From: an uncultured Victivallales bacterium
GTDB lineage: Bacteria; Verrucomicrobiota; Kiritimatiellia; UBA8416
Assembly: GCA_964497125.1 (NCBI GenBank)
Contig: CAZCDU010000005.1
Coordinates: forward strand, 35,139 to 99,138
DNA: 64,000 bases
Direction of reading: 5' to 3'
Every line of letters starts with the position of its first letter. Within the stretch, counting starts at the first letter, position 1. Position numbers and translations under genes: made by a program. The notes under the pieces are model-generated. The model saw only the letters and a list, made by a program, of their open reading frames with translations. It was not told where the DNA came from and searched no databases. Of the stretch, positions 26,907 through 36,531 are shown piece by piece.

Positions 26907-29506
26907 GGTTGCACCTCGGTGTGCGTGGGGGGTGGGGCGAGCGAGGCGTCGGGGCGGAGCTCGAGATAGATGGTGGTGATGGCGCTGGACCCGAACAGAA
27001 TAAGGAGTGCAATTCCAACACCAAGTAGGGTTCGGTATGTGTCTCTGAGCCCCACCATGCGAAGCAGGAGGGATACCCACACGAGAAGAACCGCAATGGA
27101 TGCGATGGTTACGCGCGTCTGTCCCGAGAGTCCGTAGTGCCAGAAGAGGAGTGATCGATACCAGGGCAGCTTGGGAATCACAAGTCCGTCGTCAATGCCC
27201 CGCAGGGCTAGTCTCATGTTCCGCTCAAGCTCCCACGTCGTCCCGGAGTAGCGTTCGGATCGCGACAGCGCATTGAGCGCTTCATGGTAGCGACCAGCCA
27301 TGAGGAGTGACGTGCCATAGTTGTAGAGCAGGGGGGCATTGCGGATGCCCTGGTCCAGAATACGTGACAAGGCGGCGGCGGTCTGGTCGAATTCGCCCGG
27401 GGTGCTGGCAGATGAGAGCTGCGACATTGCCAGTTGCGACTCGAACTCAATGGCTTGTGGGTTGGCTTGCGCCATCACCGAAGGAGCAACAAGCACCAGG
27501 AGTGCAGGAAGCCAACGTCGAATTACGGCAAGGGGCGAACGGGACGTGTCCTCCTCTTTGGATTGAAATTCTTCGTCCAGCTCGGAGATTACGTCACAGG
27601 CGTTGGAAGCGTCGTGCTGGATATCGTCCTGCGACTGATCCATGGCTTGGAAGCTTGCGTTGAAGTTTCGAAGAAGCAGGTCTGAAAAACGAGCCGCGAT
27701 CTCTTTCGATACATCGTGCTTTGCCAGAGCCAGGGCCAGGTCTGTCGGTGTGAGTGCCGCTGACAGTAGATCAAGCCGCATCTCAACGTACTGGCGCAGA
27801 GCTGCTGCGATCTCCTGCCGTGCGGCGGCTGCAGAGGTGGTTGCCAGGGCGGGAGCGTGTTGTAGGCGTTCAAGAACGTGGTCTGCGGCCGTGGCGTGAC
27901 GGTGGCGTCGTTCTACAGCGGGCATTAGTCGCCGTCCTGCTCGAAGTGCGGCTCCAATCAGAAACAGAATGGGGCCGAGAATGAGTAATGGCAGATGGAG
28001 TCGAGCCGTAAAGATGGACTCCGGTTCTGCGATGTTCCGAGGCATGGCGATGGGGGCAGGAACCAGCAGGTTGGGGTCGGTGTCCTCGGCCACGATGGTC
28101 ACGCTCTGCTCGACCGTGTCGATCACGATGCTCTGCTCCACTTCGGTCGCCGGGTTGGCGCGGATGGGAATCGGGTCGGTCAGGATGGTGTCGTAGGAAC
28201 GCTTGTTCGTGTTGTAGAAGGAGATAGCCACGGGCGGGAATTCATAGGTCCCGGCGCGTGATGGCCTTACCGTATACCGATAGAGACGACTGTCTTCATG
28301 GGTCTCACTATGGACGGAATCCTCGTAGATGCGGAAATCGGCGCCCAGATCCTCCTGGAGACTGAGACGAGGGGCGAAGAGATTTTCCAGGCGGATGTCG
28401 CCCGAGATGTCGATTTTCAGCGTGAGTGGATCGCCGACCTTGCAGGTCTGGGCGTCGAGGCTCGCCTTCGCGACAAGCCGGCTTCCGATTGCTCCCACGT
28501 AGGACGCGGGACGGCCTTCTTCTGGCGGTGCCACGACTCGTATGGGTTTTGCCTCGACCACGGCGAATATTGGCTCCGTAATCCCTTGTCCAGACGGTGT
28601 TGCTTTGACGAATACCTCGCCCTTGAATGACACAGGGCCAAACGTATACGTCCCCTCGGTCGTTGGTACGTAATCTATGGGGAGCTTGTATTCGAAGTAG
28701 CTGAGGCCATTGTGGTTAACGGTCGTGGGCTTGAAATCGAAGCGGGCGGGTTGCTGCCTGTTGTGGAGGGATTGCATGTTGAAGAAGCCGTCAAACGGGT
28801 TGGACTCCACGGTATAGTCATTCACGGCCAGCCCGGGAGCCCGACGGTTTCGTATCAGCATCCCGTTCAGGAGTTTCTCGACGTTGGGCCCCTCTAGTCC
28901 TTCAAAGGCTTCGTTCTTGAGGTAGGGAATGTGCAGGCGGGGAGGGCGTTCCGATGGTAGGGGACTGGTCTCCACATAGGGCGGCGGAAGTTTCTGGACA
29001 AGAACACGGAGCTGAACGGTAAATGTCTCGTCTACAATGACTTCCGGCTTTGACTGCTCCAGAAAGAGCAGGACACGCTGCTGGGCCTCCACGCCACGGA
29101 CCGCTATGGTCTGGCCCGGTATTGAGGTCTTCCCGCGCGCGTGGTTGACCGTAATGGGACCCAGTTGGATAGAGCCTGTACGTGTGGGTGCAATATCGTA
29201 CTGGAATATGCGCCCGGAGAAGCCGGTGCGGCGACCATTTACTATGGACATGATGCTCTGATCCATATGGCCGCGAGGCGTGATGCTGCAGTCTTTGATG
29301 GCCGACAGATCAGGATTCATGCCTTGCTTGAATCCGTCAACTTTGAGTGTGAGGCGAGTGGTCTCACCGATGAAGATGCGCACCTGGCTAACGGAAGCTT
29401 CTAGTTTGATCTCTTTGGCCCAGGCGATGGAGGAGAGCGTACACAGGTACAGCGCTACGAGGCATGCTCTAGGCAGGGAACGTTGTCTGTGCTTTTGCTG
29501 TTTCAC
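26903..29506 (-). CDS. Large BatD-like protein (867 aa) with central TM segment and C-terminal TPR-like region
   Basis: Signal peptide, repeated BatD-like beta segments, TM LPLLILGPILFLIGAAL, TPR-like C-terminus and two terminal TM helices. Confidence 0.5.
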   Translation of the reverse strand: MKQQKHRQRSLPRACLVALYLCTLSSIAWAKEIKLEASVSQVRIFIGETTRLTLKVDGFKQGMNPDLSAIKDCSITPRGHMDQSIMSIVNGRRTGFSGRIFQYDIAPTRTGSIQLGPITVNHARGKTSIPGQTIAVRGVEAQQRVLLFLEQSKPEVIVDETFTVQLRVLVQKLPPPYVETSPLPSERPPRLHIPYLKNEAFEGLEGPNVEKLLNGMLIRNRRAPGLAVNDYTVESNPFDGFFNMQSLHNRQQPARFDFKPTTVNHNGLSYFEYKLPIDYVPTTEGTYTFGPVSFKGEVFVKATPSGQGITEPIFAVVEAKPIRVVAPPEEGRPASYVGAIGSRLVAKASLDAQTCKVGDPLTLKIDISGDIRLENLFAPRLSLQEDLGADFRIYEDSVHSETHEDSRLYRYTVRPSRAGTYEFPPVAISFYNTNKRSYDTILTDPIPIRANPATEVEQSIVIDTVEQSVTIVAEDTDPNLLVPAPIAMPRNIAEPESIFTARLHLPLLILGPILFLIGAALRAGRRLMPAVERRHRHATAADHVLERLQHAPALATTSAAAARQEIAAALRQYVEMRLDLLSAALTPTDLALALAKHDVSKEIAARFSDLLLRNFNASFQAMDQSQDDIQHDASNACDVISELDEEFQSKEEDTSRSPLAVIRRWLPALLVLVAPSVMAQANPQAIEFESQLAMSQLSSASTPGEFDQTAAALSRILDQGIRNAPLLYNYGTSLLMAGRYHEALNALSRSERYSGTTWELERNMRLALRGIDDGLVIPKLPWYRSLLFWHYGLSGQTRVTIASIAVLLVWVSLLLRMVGLRDTYRTLLGVGIALLILFGSSAITTIYLELRPDASLAPPPTHTEVQP

Positions 29507-29653
29507 TGTGGTTCGCGTCTTCTTCTTGGGGCCCTGTGTGGTGCTACTGTATTCTGGCCCTTTCGGGCCAGCTCGGCTCGGCAGGGACGCCTCGCCCTAC
29601 CAGGAGGAGTTGGTCGTGACGGCCAACGCTACACATGAGATGTCATGTGGAAT

Positions 29654-32368
29654 CTACCAGTCCCGTTCGAATGGCGGAAGCGGAATCAAGTCGTTGCGTC
29701 GCCGCTTCTCATCTTCATGCTCGCGCTCGCGTTCCAGTGCTCGCTCCAGGAGTTTGCGAACATCCTCCTGTTCGCGGGGCTCCTGTTCTTGCGACTCATC
29801 TTGCTGTTGCTCCTGCTGATCCTGTTCCTCTTCGTCTTGTGGCTGGTCTTGTGGCTGCTGATCGTTTTCGCTTTGCTGCTGTTCCTCTTGCTGATCCTGC
29901 TGATCCTGTTGCTGCTGGTTCTGCTGCTTGGGGAGCAAAGTCTGGATCGTGGATAAGCTGTTCTGACTGGCTTTCTGGCTTTCAACTGCGGCTTCAGTAT
30001 CCTTGTTCCTGATCTGCTCAGCCGCCGCTCGTTGATGCTCGATTGCCTTGTCCGCCAGTTCGAGGATCTTGGCGCGTGCCTCCGGAGTGATGCCCTGGGC
30101 TTCCCCGGTGGCGTTGGTCGACGCGGGATCAGGAGGAGGAACCGTTCCTTCTTCAGGGACGGCCTGTTCAAAGCGATGCTTGAACATCTCTGTCAGCATG
30201 GCCGCTTCCTCTTGGATCTCTTCCGGTGCTATGTATTCATCCAGCGGCAGGCTCCCTTCCGTCATTCCAAGCACGTTGGTCTGCTGGCGGATATCTTCAC
30301 GCAGCAACATGTCATACGGTGCAACAGTCTTCCAGAGCTGGTAGGTGCCATGTTCTGCAATTTTGGATGCGCGGAAACCCTCTGGATCTAGATCTCTGAG
30401 CTTTCCGGCTCCGCTATGCATCTCTTCCCGCGTGACGTCCATGAGTTGGTTCAGGGCGGCGAAGTGTTGGGCGTTTGAGGCGCTTCCCTGTTGTGCCATC
30501 GCTTCCGTCAGCTTCGCTTTCAATGGCATCCACAGATCGGCCTGCTCTTGCTGTCGCTCGGCCAGTGCTTCCAGCAGACGAATACGTTCCGGGCTGGTGT
30601 TGGTGATAGCGGTCGTGATCTGTTTGGCGAGCTCTCGTTGTTCGGACAGCATCTGGTCGGCCAGTTGGGGGGCTGGTGTCTTTTCGTATTGCTTGGCGAG
30701 TGCGAGCGCTTTCGCGTTCTGCTCTTCTGCTGCCAGGCGAGACATGCTCACCGCCACGTTGTCCCGTGCGATGGTTTGGTCGGGATCACTCCGCCACGCT
30801 TCTTTGAATGCCTCACCGGCTTCTCTCAGCAGCCTTACCCGTTTCTCCGCCTGCTCGGGATCGTTCGCGTCCAAGCCCTCTGCGGACCGGTAGAGCGTAC
30901 TCCCAAGGGCCGTGTTTTCATCCCGTTCGCCACGGCGTCCCTGGAGTGACAGCTCGCGAAGTATGTGCGAGGAGGCCTCGTAGTCCCCATCCTTGGCTAG
31001 AGCAATGGCAGCGTTGTGGCGGAAATCACGGCTGGCTCGGCGGGATACTCCTTGCGCGGCCTGCAGGTAGGCCTCCGCGGCTTCGCGGTACTTGCCTCGC
31101 TTGAAGAGTCGCTGGGCGTACCGTGCCCCGTTTCGGCCTGCCGGCGTGGCGTGTTCTGATTTGCTTTCGACAACCTGGGGCGTCGCATTGGTGGTTTCGA
31201 CGGCATTGGTGGTGCCGGGGGCTGCGTTGAGATACTGCCCATAGAAACCAAGAATCAGGGCTATGCCAATCTGTTTGAGCTCACGTTTAGGTGGTGTCAG
31301 GTCTTTGATCGTCGGGGTTGTTGCGGCCGCTGATGCTTCGGTCGGCTGAGTCATGCGACCGCTTCCGAGGCGGCCACGGCTGAGATAGCAGGTGCCGAGA
31401 AGCAGGCAGAGGCCGGGGAACAGGAACCACTGGTAGCGTTCGATGGTTCGCCGCTCTTGTGTCTCCGCCAGCTCGCGGGCATTGATGTTGCGTAGGTGAT
31501 CGCGATAGATGGTCCCAAGCGTTGTGCTCGTCATGCTGGCCGTTTCTACCGGAATGTAGGAGCCCCCGGAGGCCTTGGCGATCTTGTAAAGCGTGTCGTG
31601 ATCGAGTTTCGTGACGATATCCGTCTTCTTGTGCTGTAAGTAGCGGGTACGACCTTCCTTGTCCGGTATCCGAGAGCCCTGGCGGCTTCCCAGCCCAACG
31701 GTATAGATTGGGATTCGTTTCTCGCCCGCAGATTCCGCCATCTCGATGGATTTTCCGGTCAGGTCCTCGCCGTCGGAGATCAAGACGATCGCCTTGTGGG
31801 AGGACTCGCTCTCGTCAAAGGCGTCCAGCGCCTTCGTAATCGCTCCACCAATATCGGTCTCGCCGCGTGGGGCTGAAGCCGGACTCAATCCGTCGAGCGC
31901 CTGCCGCAGAAAGGCATAGTCTGTCGTGAGGGGACACACGAGCGAAGCCTTGGATCGAAAACCGATCAGTGCTGCACGATCGCCCTGAAGCTCCTTGATC
32001 AGATCGATCAGGTCGATTTTGGCACGGCGAAGACGAGAGGGATGCACGTCATTGGCTAGCATGGATCGCGAGACATCAACGGCAATCACAAGGTCTCGTG
32101 CCTGCTGGTAGACCGTTTCTTCACGTTCTCCCCACTTCGGGCGCGCTGCGGCAACGAGCAGCAGCAGCAACCCGACGGTTGCGAGCGCAATTTGCCAGAG
32201 CAAGCGGTTGATACGTCGTCCCGGGAATATCCTGCGCTGTAGTTCCGGCGCTACGAAACCAGTCATGGCACGGGTGGTCCGCTTGTAGAGGGCCCACCAC
32301 CATCCCCCGATCGCGGGTACGATCCAGAGGAAGTAGAGCACCCATGCATTTTCAAAATGTAGCGTCAT
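29654..32368 (-). CDS. BatB-like VWA protein fused to BatC-like TPR region with long Q/E-rich low-complexity C-terminus
   Basis: Two N-terminal TMs, VWA (DLVIAVDVSRSM...LISDGED), TPR-like segment (YREAAEAYLQAAQG), C-terminal QQNQQQQDQQDQQEEQQQ... tail. Confidence 0.65.
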   Translation of the reverse strand: MTLHFENAWVLYFLWIVPAIGGWWWALYKRTTRAMTGFVAPELQRRIFPGRRINRLLWQIALATVGLLLLLVAAARPKWGEREETVYQQARDLVIAVDVSRSMLANDVHPSRLRRAKIDLIDLIKELQGDRAALIGFRSKASLVCPLTTDYAFLRQALDGLSPASAPRGETDIGGAITKALDAFDESESSHKAIVLISDGEDLTGKSIEMAESAGEKRIPIYTVGLGSRQGSRIPDKEGRTRYLQHKKTDIVTKLDHDTLYKIAKASGGSYIPVETASMTSTTLGTIYRDHLRNINARELAETQERRTIERYQWFLFPGLCLLLGTCYLSRGRLGSGRMTQPTEASAAATTPTIKDLTPPKRELKQIGIALILGFYGQYLNAAPGTTNAVETTNATPQVVESKSEHATPAGRNGARYAQRLFKRGKYREAAEAYLQAAQGVSRRASRDFRHNAAIALAKDGDYEASSHILRELSLQGRRGERDENTALGSTLYRSAEGLDANDPEQAEKRVRLLREAGEAFKEAWRSDPDQTIARDNVAVSMSRLAAEEQNAKALALAKQYEKTPAPQLADQMLSEQRELAKQITTAITNTSPERIRLLEALAERQQEQADLWMPLKAKLTEAMAQQGSASNAQHFAALNQLMDVTREEMHSGAGKLRDLDPEGFRASKIAEHGTYQLWKTVAPYDMLLREDIRQQTNVLGMTEGSLPLDEYIAPEEIQEEAAMLTEMFKHRFEQAVPEEGTVPPPDPASTNATGEAQGITPEARAKILELADKAIEHQRAAAEQIRNKDTEAAVESQKASQNSLSTIQTLLPKQQNQQQQDQQDQQEEQQQSENDQQPQDQPQDEEEQDQQEQQQDESQEQEPREQEDVRKLLERALEREREHEDEKRRRNDLIPLPPFERDW

Positions 32369-32374
32369 CTCTGT

Positions 32375-33421
32375 CTATACCAATCGTCTTGCGATTGCCA
32401 TGTTGAGGGCTAGTCCCAGCAAGACCAGTGCGATGCCGGGAGTCAGGAAATGGGGGAAGAGTTCACGGTACTGGCGGTAGACGTCCTGCTCGACACGGGT
32501 CGTTTCCAGTTCGTCGATCTTCTCCAGCGCCCGGCCGAGGCCCTTTTCGTCCTTAACATTGAAGTATTCGCCGTTTGTCTCCGATGCGATGCGGCGAAGC
32601 AGGACTTCGTCGAGCGTGACGTGTGCCCGTGAGATCACCTTGCGTCCAAAGCGGTCTGTCGCCCAGAACGGTGCGCGCCCGGAGCTGCCTACGCCGATGG
32701 TGTAGACTTTGACGCCAAGCTTTCGTGCCACCTCGATTGCGCTATCCGGCTCAATGATTCCCGTGTTGGATTCTCCGTCACTGAGAAGAACGATGACTTT
32801 GGATACGGGTTCGGCTCTTTCAATCCGGGCGCAAGCCGTCGCGAGAGCATCGCCCACGGCCGTGAGTAGTTCATCCTCGTTCATAACGTTGCCGTTCTTA
32901 TCAAAGACGGCCTTGGGTGTAGCGACGCCTTCGAGAACGTGACCGAGGGCCTCATGGTCGGATGTCATGGGAGCCAGGGTTGAGACGTATCCGCCGAACA
33001 CGATGAGACCAATGAGGTCGTCTTCGCGTTCCTCCACGAAAGCTGCAAAGGCCTCTTTGACGGCGTCCAGACGTGTCTTATATTTCATGCCGGTTGGCGC
33101 TCGCGTCGACATGTCCAGCGCCTCCATAGAGCCAGAGATATCAACTACCATCTGGATGGCGATGACATCAGCGGTCTTGCGGCTCTTGGACAGGACCGTT
33201 TGAGGACGAGCCATAGCCAATAACAACAGACCCAGTCCGGTCAGAATGACGATCGGCAGCAGGCGGGACACAACGGTACGCCACGAGCGGCCCTGCCGCG
33301 GCACGCGCTTCATGGGCGCAAACCGAATGCCCTGCTGCACGCGTCTCGCATAGATACACCACCCCGCCAACGCCATGGGCGCCAGGAGCAGAAAACTAGA
33401 TGGATTTCCAAATTGAAACAT
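32375..33421 (-). CDS. BatA-like VWA domain membrane protein
   Basis: N-terminal TMs, VWA MIDAS VVDISGSM...LLSDGESN, C-terminal TM. Confidence 0.75.
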   Translation of the reverse strand: MFQFGNPSSFLLLAPMALAGWCIYARRVQQGIRFAPMKRVPRQGRSWRTVVSRLLPIVILTGLGLLLLAMARPQTVLSKSRKTADVIAIQMVVDISGSMEALDMSTRAPTGMKYKTRLDAVKEAFAAFVEEREDDLIGLIVFGGYVSTLAPMTSDHEALGHVLEGVATPKAVFDKNGNVMNEDELLTAVGDALATACARIERAEPVSKVIVLLSDGESNTGIIEPDSAIEVARKLGVKVYTIGVGSSGRAPFWATDRFGRKVISRAHVTLDEVLLRRIASETNGEYFNVKDEKGLGRALEKIDELETTRVEQDVYRQYRELFPHFLTPGIALVLLGLALNMAIARRLV

Positions 33422-33428
33422 AGATTCA

Positions 33429-33508
33429 GGTTTCAGTCGTTACAATCGTTTCAGTCGTTACACGTTTCAGTCGTTACACGTTGCACGTTGCAGTCGTTAC
33501 ACGTTGTG
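33429..33508. repeat. Tandem ~16-bp repeats GTTTCAGTCGTTACAC / GTTGCAGTCGTTACAC (~5 units)
   Basis: Same family as 12634-12672. Confidence 0.6.
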
Positions 33509-33551
33509 GATGTTACAGTGGCCTCTGTTGAAGAGACGAATAGACTCACGA

Positions 33552-34541
33552 TTACAATAGCTTTTCCTTGTGTTCGGTGACGGTGGCGATTCCTTCGGCG
33601 GCTTCGGAGTGATCGGCGTCGGTGGTGATGTAATCTTTGGCGGTCGTAATGGATGAGTCGATATTGGCGCCGTCAGGCTGGTAGGCAGCAAACTTGACGA
33701 GATCAGCAGCTTCGAGGAAGGACTGAAGCCGCTCAACAACGTCGGCTTCAAACCGGGGATCGCTGGAGACCGCGGCCAGGAACTCTTCTGTGGTTTGCTC
33801 GGGGGCGCGGATGTGGTGTTGGCGTTCGATGTATCGACGGACGACCATCGTGAGTTCAACATAGAAGTCCTTTACCTGGTTCTTCTCAACCAGTTTCCTG
33901 GCGAGAAGCTCACTCAGTTCCTCGAGGGCGCGTTCTCGAGGCGACATGCGCATCAGTCGAATACGTCGATGTGCGCGCCGTATCAGTTTCCAGACGATGA
34001 AGCCTATGCCTGTCAGAATGAGTAGAATGCCAAGGTAACCGGCTGTGGTCCGCATGGAGGGGTGAATCCATACCGGGTCCAGGCGAGCTTCAATGTCATC
34101 ACCTACGTTCCGGTCCGTAACGGCATTCATGGGCAGAACGATGGGGGGTGTCGCAATCCAGCTGTTGCCGTTGTAGGTGATTGCCATTGGCGCGACTCGG
34201 TATTCGTCCGCGATGAGAGGCGTTAGCCGAATGACACGTTCAAGGGTTACGGTCCCGTCGTCATGGCGATTGGGTTCGCGGTCAAACTGCCCGGCATCGA
34301 GGAAGCCCTGGAAACGATCATGGGTGGCGGGGAGCTCGACCGCGATCTGCTCCGGGCTTTTGACGCGGATGGTGAACACGATATCACGGTCCAGGTAGAC
34401 GCTGCCGGGGTCGGCCGTAAGTGTGACCGTGACAGGTCCCTGGGTGACCGTTTCCTGTCGAGGCTCAGAAGCGAAGGCCAGGCCTGCGAACGCCAGCAAC
34501 AGGCATATGGCATGCCGACCGTAATGTCGTGTCCTCAGCAT
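33552..34541 (-). CDS. Membrane protein of the MoxR/DUF58/Bat operon (possibly DUF4381-type)
   Basis: Start MLRTRHYGRHAICLLLAFAGLAFA; one internal TM; position between DUF58 and batA. Confidence 0.4.
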   Translation of the reverse strand: MLRTRHYGRHAICLLLAFAGLAFASEPRQETVTQGPVTVTLTADPGSVYLDRDIVFTIRVKSPEQIAVELPATHDRFQGFLDAGQFDREPNRHDDGTVTLERVIRLTPLIADEYRVAPMAITYNGNSWIATPPIVLPMNAVTDRNVGDDIEARLDPVWIHPSMRTTAGYLGILLILTGIGFIVWKLIRRAHRRIRLMRMSPRERALEELSELLARKLVEKNQVKDFYVELTMVVRRYIERQHHIRAPEQTTEEFLAAVSSDPRFEADVVERLQSFLEAADLVKFAAYQPDGANIDSSITTAKDYITTDADHSEAAEGIATVTEHKEKLL

Positions 34542-34545
34542 GGCT

Positions 34546-35436
34546 TTAGCCTCTCCTTGCACGGATCTGTCGTTGCCGGAATAGCTGTCGGACATCGTCA
34601 ACAAAGGGACGGACTGTTGATACGGGAATGTGATCGACTTTGTTCCGACGGAACATCGCGAGAAGGGCTTCCTGCTCCGATCGCGCCTGTGTCGCAAACT
34701 CGCTGCGCAGTGAAGCGGATTGCGTGTCCACGATAATGAGCTCGCCCGTTTCGGCATCTTCAAGTTCGAGTAGCCCCACGTTGGGAAGCTCCAGCTCGCG
34801 GGGATCCGTGATAGGGCAGCAGATGACATCGTGACGGCGTGCTGCCACGCGGAGCTCTTTCTCGTAGTCGATGTCCTGGAAGTCGGAAATCAGAAACACG
34901 ACAGCTTTGCGTTTTTGGACGCTGTTTAAGAAGCGGAAGGCGCCGGCGATATCCGTGCCGTGCGTTGTGACCTCGGCAGCCAGCACTTCACGTACGAGGC
35001 GCATCGCAGCCGTGCGCCCCTTGCGTGGCGGGATGCACTTCTCAATACGATCACTGAACAGAATCAGCCCGATGTTGTCCTGGTTCTTGATCGCCGAGAG
35101 CGCAAGCAGGCAGGTGATCTCCGCGGCGGTCTCGGCCTTCGATCGAGTTGTGGATCCGAAACACTGTGAACCCGATATGTCGACGAGGAAGATCACGGTG
35201 AGTTCACGTTCTTCACTGAAGTGCTTCACATAGGGATGTCCCATGCGGGCAGTGACGTTCCAGTCGATGGAACGCACATCATCTCCCGGGACGTACTCAC
35301 GGACTTCATCGAACTCGATTCCCTGCCCTTTGAAGACGGACTGATAGGCGCCAGAGAGGTGCTGGTCGACCAGGCGATTGGTAATCACCTTGATCTTTCC
35401 CACTTGCTTCATCAATTCTTTGGTGTCAATCGGCAT
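34546..35436 (-). CDS. DUF58 domain protein (VWA-like, MoxR partner)
   Basis: Conserved DUF58 blocks GIEFDEVREYVPGDDVRSIDW, VIFLVDISGSQ. Confidence 0.85.
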   Translation of the reverse strand: MPIDTKELMKQVGKIKVITNRLVDQHLSGAYQSVFKGQGIEFDEVREYVPGDDVRSIDWNVTARMGHPYVKHFSEERELTVIFLVDISGSQCFGSTTRSKAETAAEITCLLALSAIKNQDNIGLILFSDRIEKCIPPRKGRTAAMRLVREVLAAEVTTHGTDIAGAFRFLNSVQKRKAVVFLISDFQDIDYEKELRVAARRHDVICCPITDPRELELPNVGLLELEDAETGELIIVDTQSASLRSEFATQARSEQEALLAMFRRNKVDHIPVSTVRPFVDDVRQLFRQRQIRARRG

Positions 35437-35544
35437 CTTGAGGTGTCAGTGTTCAGTGTTCAGGTTTCAGGGCGAGATGTTCCGACGCTGCGCATCGGTG
35501 CCACTTGCGTGGCGTGTTGGCCGAGATGGCCAACGCTACAACTT

Positions 35545-36531
35545 CTATGGGACGGGGAGTTCACTCAGTAGATGTGTGATGACGTCTTCGCTGGTGACGT
35601 CTTCGGCTTCGGCCTCGTAGGTCAGGATTACACGGTGACGCAGGACATCGTGGGCAATCTCCTTCACATCCTGAGGCGTGGCATAGGCACGTCCATTGAG
35701 CATCGCGTTGGCACGCGACGCCAGGTTGAGGTAGAGGCTGGCGCGCGGGGAGGCTCCGTATTCAATCTGGTGGTCGATATCGACCTTGTACTCAGACGGT
35801 TTGCGGGTCGCGAATACGATGTCGAGGATGTAGTCGGCGACTTTCTCGTCGCAGTAAACCTGATCCAGAATGCTGCGCATCGTGGCGATATCGTCAGACG
35901 ACATGACGGGCTCAAGCTTGATGTTCTGATCTCGCGTGAAGCGGTTCATAATGCGCCGTTCGTCATCCTTTGAGGGATAATCTACTTTGCACTTCAGCAT
36001 GAAACGGTCAACCTGCGCCTCGGGCAGGGGGTAGGTGCCCTCCTGTTCGATCGGGTTCTGCGTGGCCATGACCATGAAGGGCGAGGGCAGCGGGTAGGTC
36101 GAGTCACCGATGGTAACCTGGTGTTCCTGCATGGACTCAAGCAAGGCCGATTGCACTTTGGCCGGGGCGCGGTTGATTTCGTCTGCCAGCAGGATGTTGG
36201 TGAACACCGGCCCTTTGCGGGGGGCGAATGTGCCCTCTTTCGGATTGTAGATCATGGTCCCCACGACATCGGCCGGCAGCAAGTCAGGTGTGAATGAAAT
36301 CCGCTGGAATTGAACGCCGATGGAGTCGGCCAACGACTTCACGGCCGTGGTTTTGGCCAGCCCGGGGACGCCCTCCAGCAGAATGTGTCCACCGGTAATC
36401 ATGGCAATCAACATACGATCAATGAGCTTCTCCTGGCCAACGATGACCTTTGTCACCTCCTGGCGGAGCTTCTCAATCGTCTGCGACTGCTCTTTGAGCA
36501 TGTCTGTTGTCTTGGCGATATCCGTACTCAT
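35545..36531 (-). CDS. MoxR-family AAA+ ATPase
   Basis: Walker A GVPGLAKT, LLADEINRAPAKVQSALLESMQE, ATQNP. Confidence 0.9.
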   Translation of the reverse strand: MSTDIAKTTDMLKEQSQTIEKLRQEVTKVIVGQEKLIDRMLIAMITGGHILLEGVPGLAKTTAVKSLADSIGVQFQRISFTPDLLPADVVGTMIYNPKEGTFAPRKGPVFTNILLADEINRAPAKVQSALLESMQEHQVTIGDSTYPLPSPFMVMATQNPIEQEGTYPLPEAQVDRFMLKCKVDYPSKDDERRIMNRFTRDQNIKLEPVMSSDDIATMRSILDQVYCDEKVADYILDIVFATRKPSEYKVDIDHQIEYGASPRASLYLNLASRANAMLNGRAYATPQDVKEIAHDVLRHRVILTYEAEAEDVTSEDVITHLLSELPVP

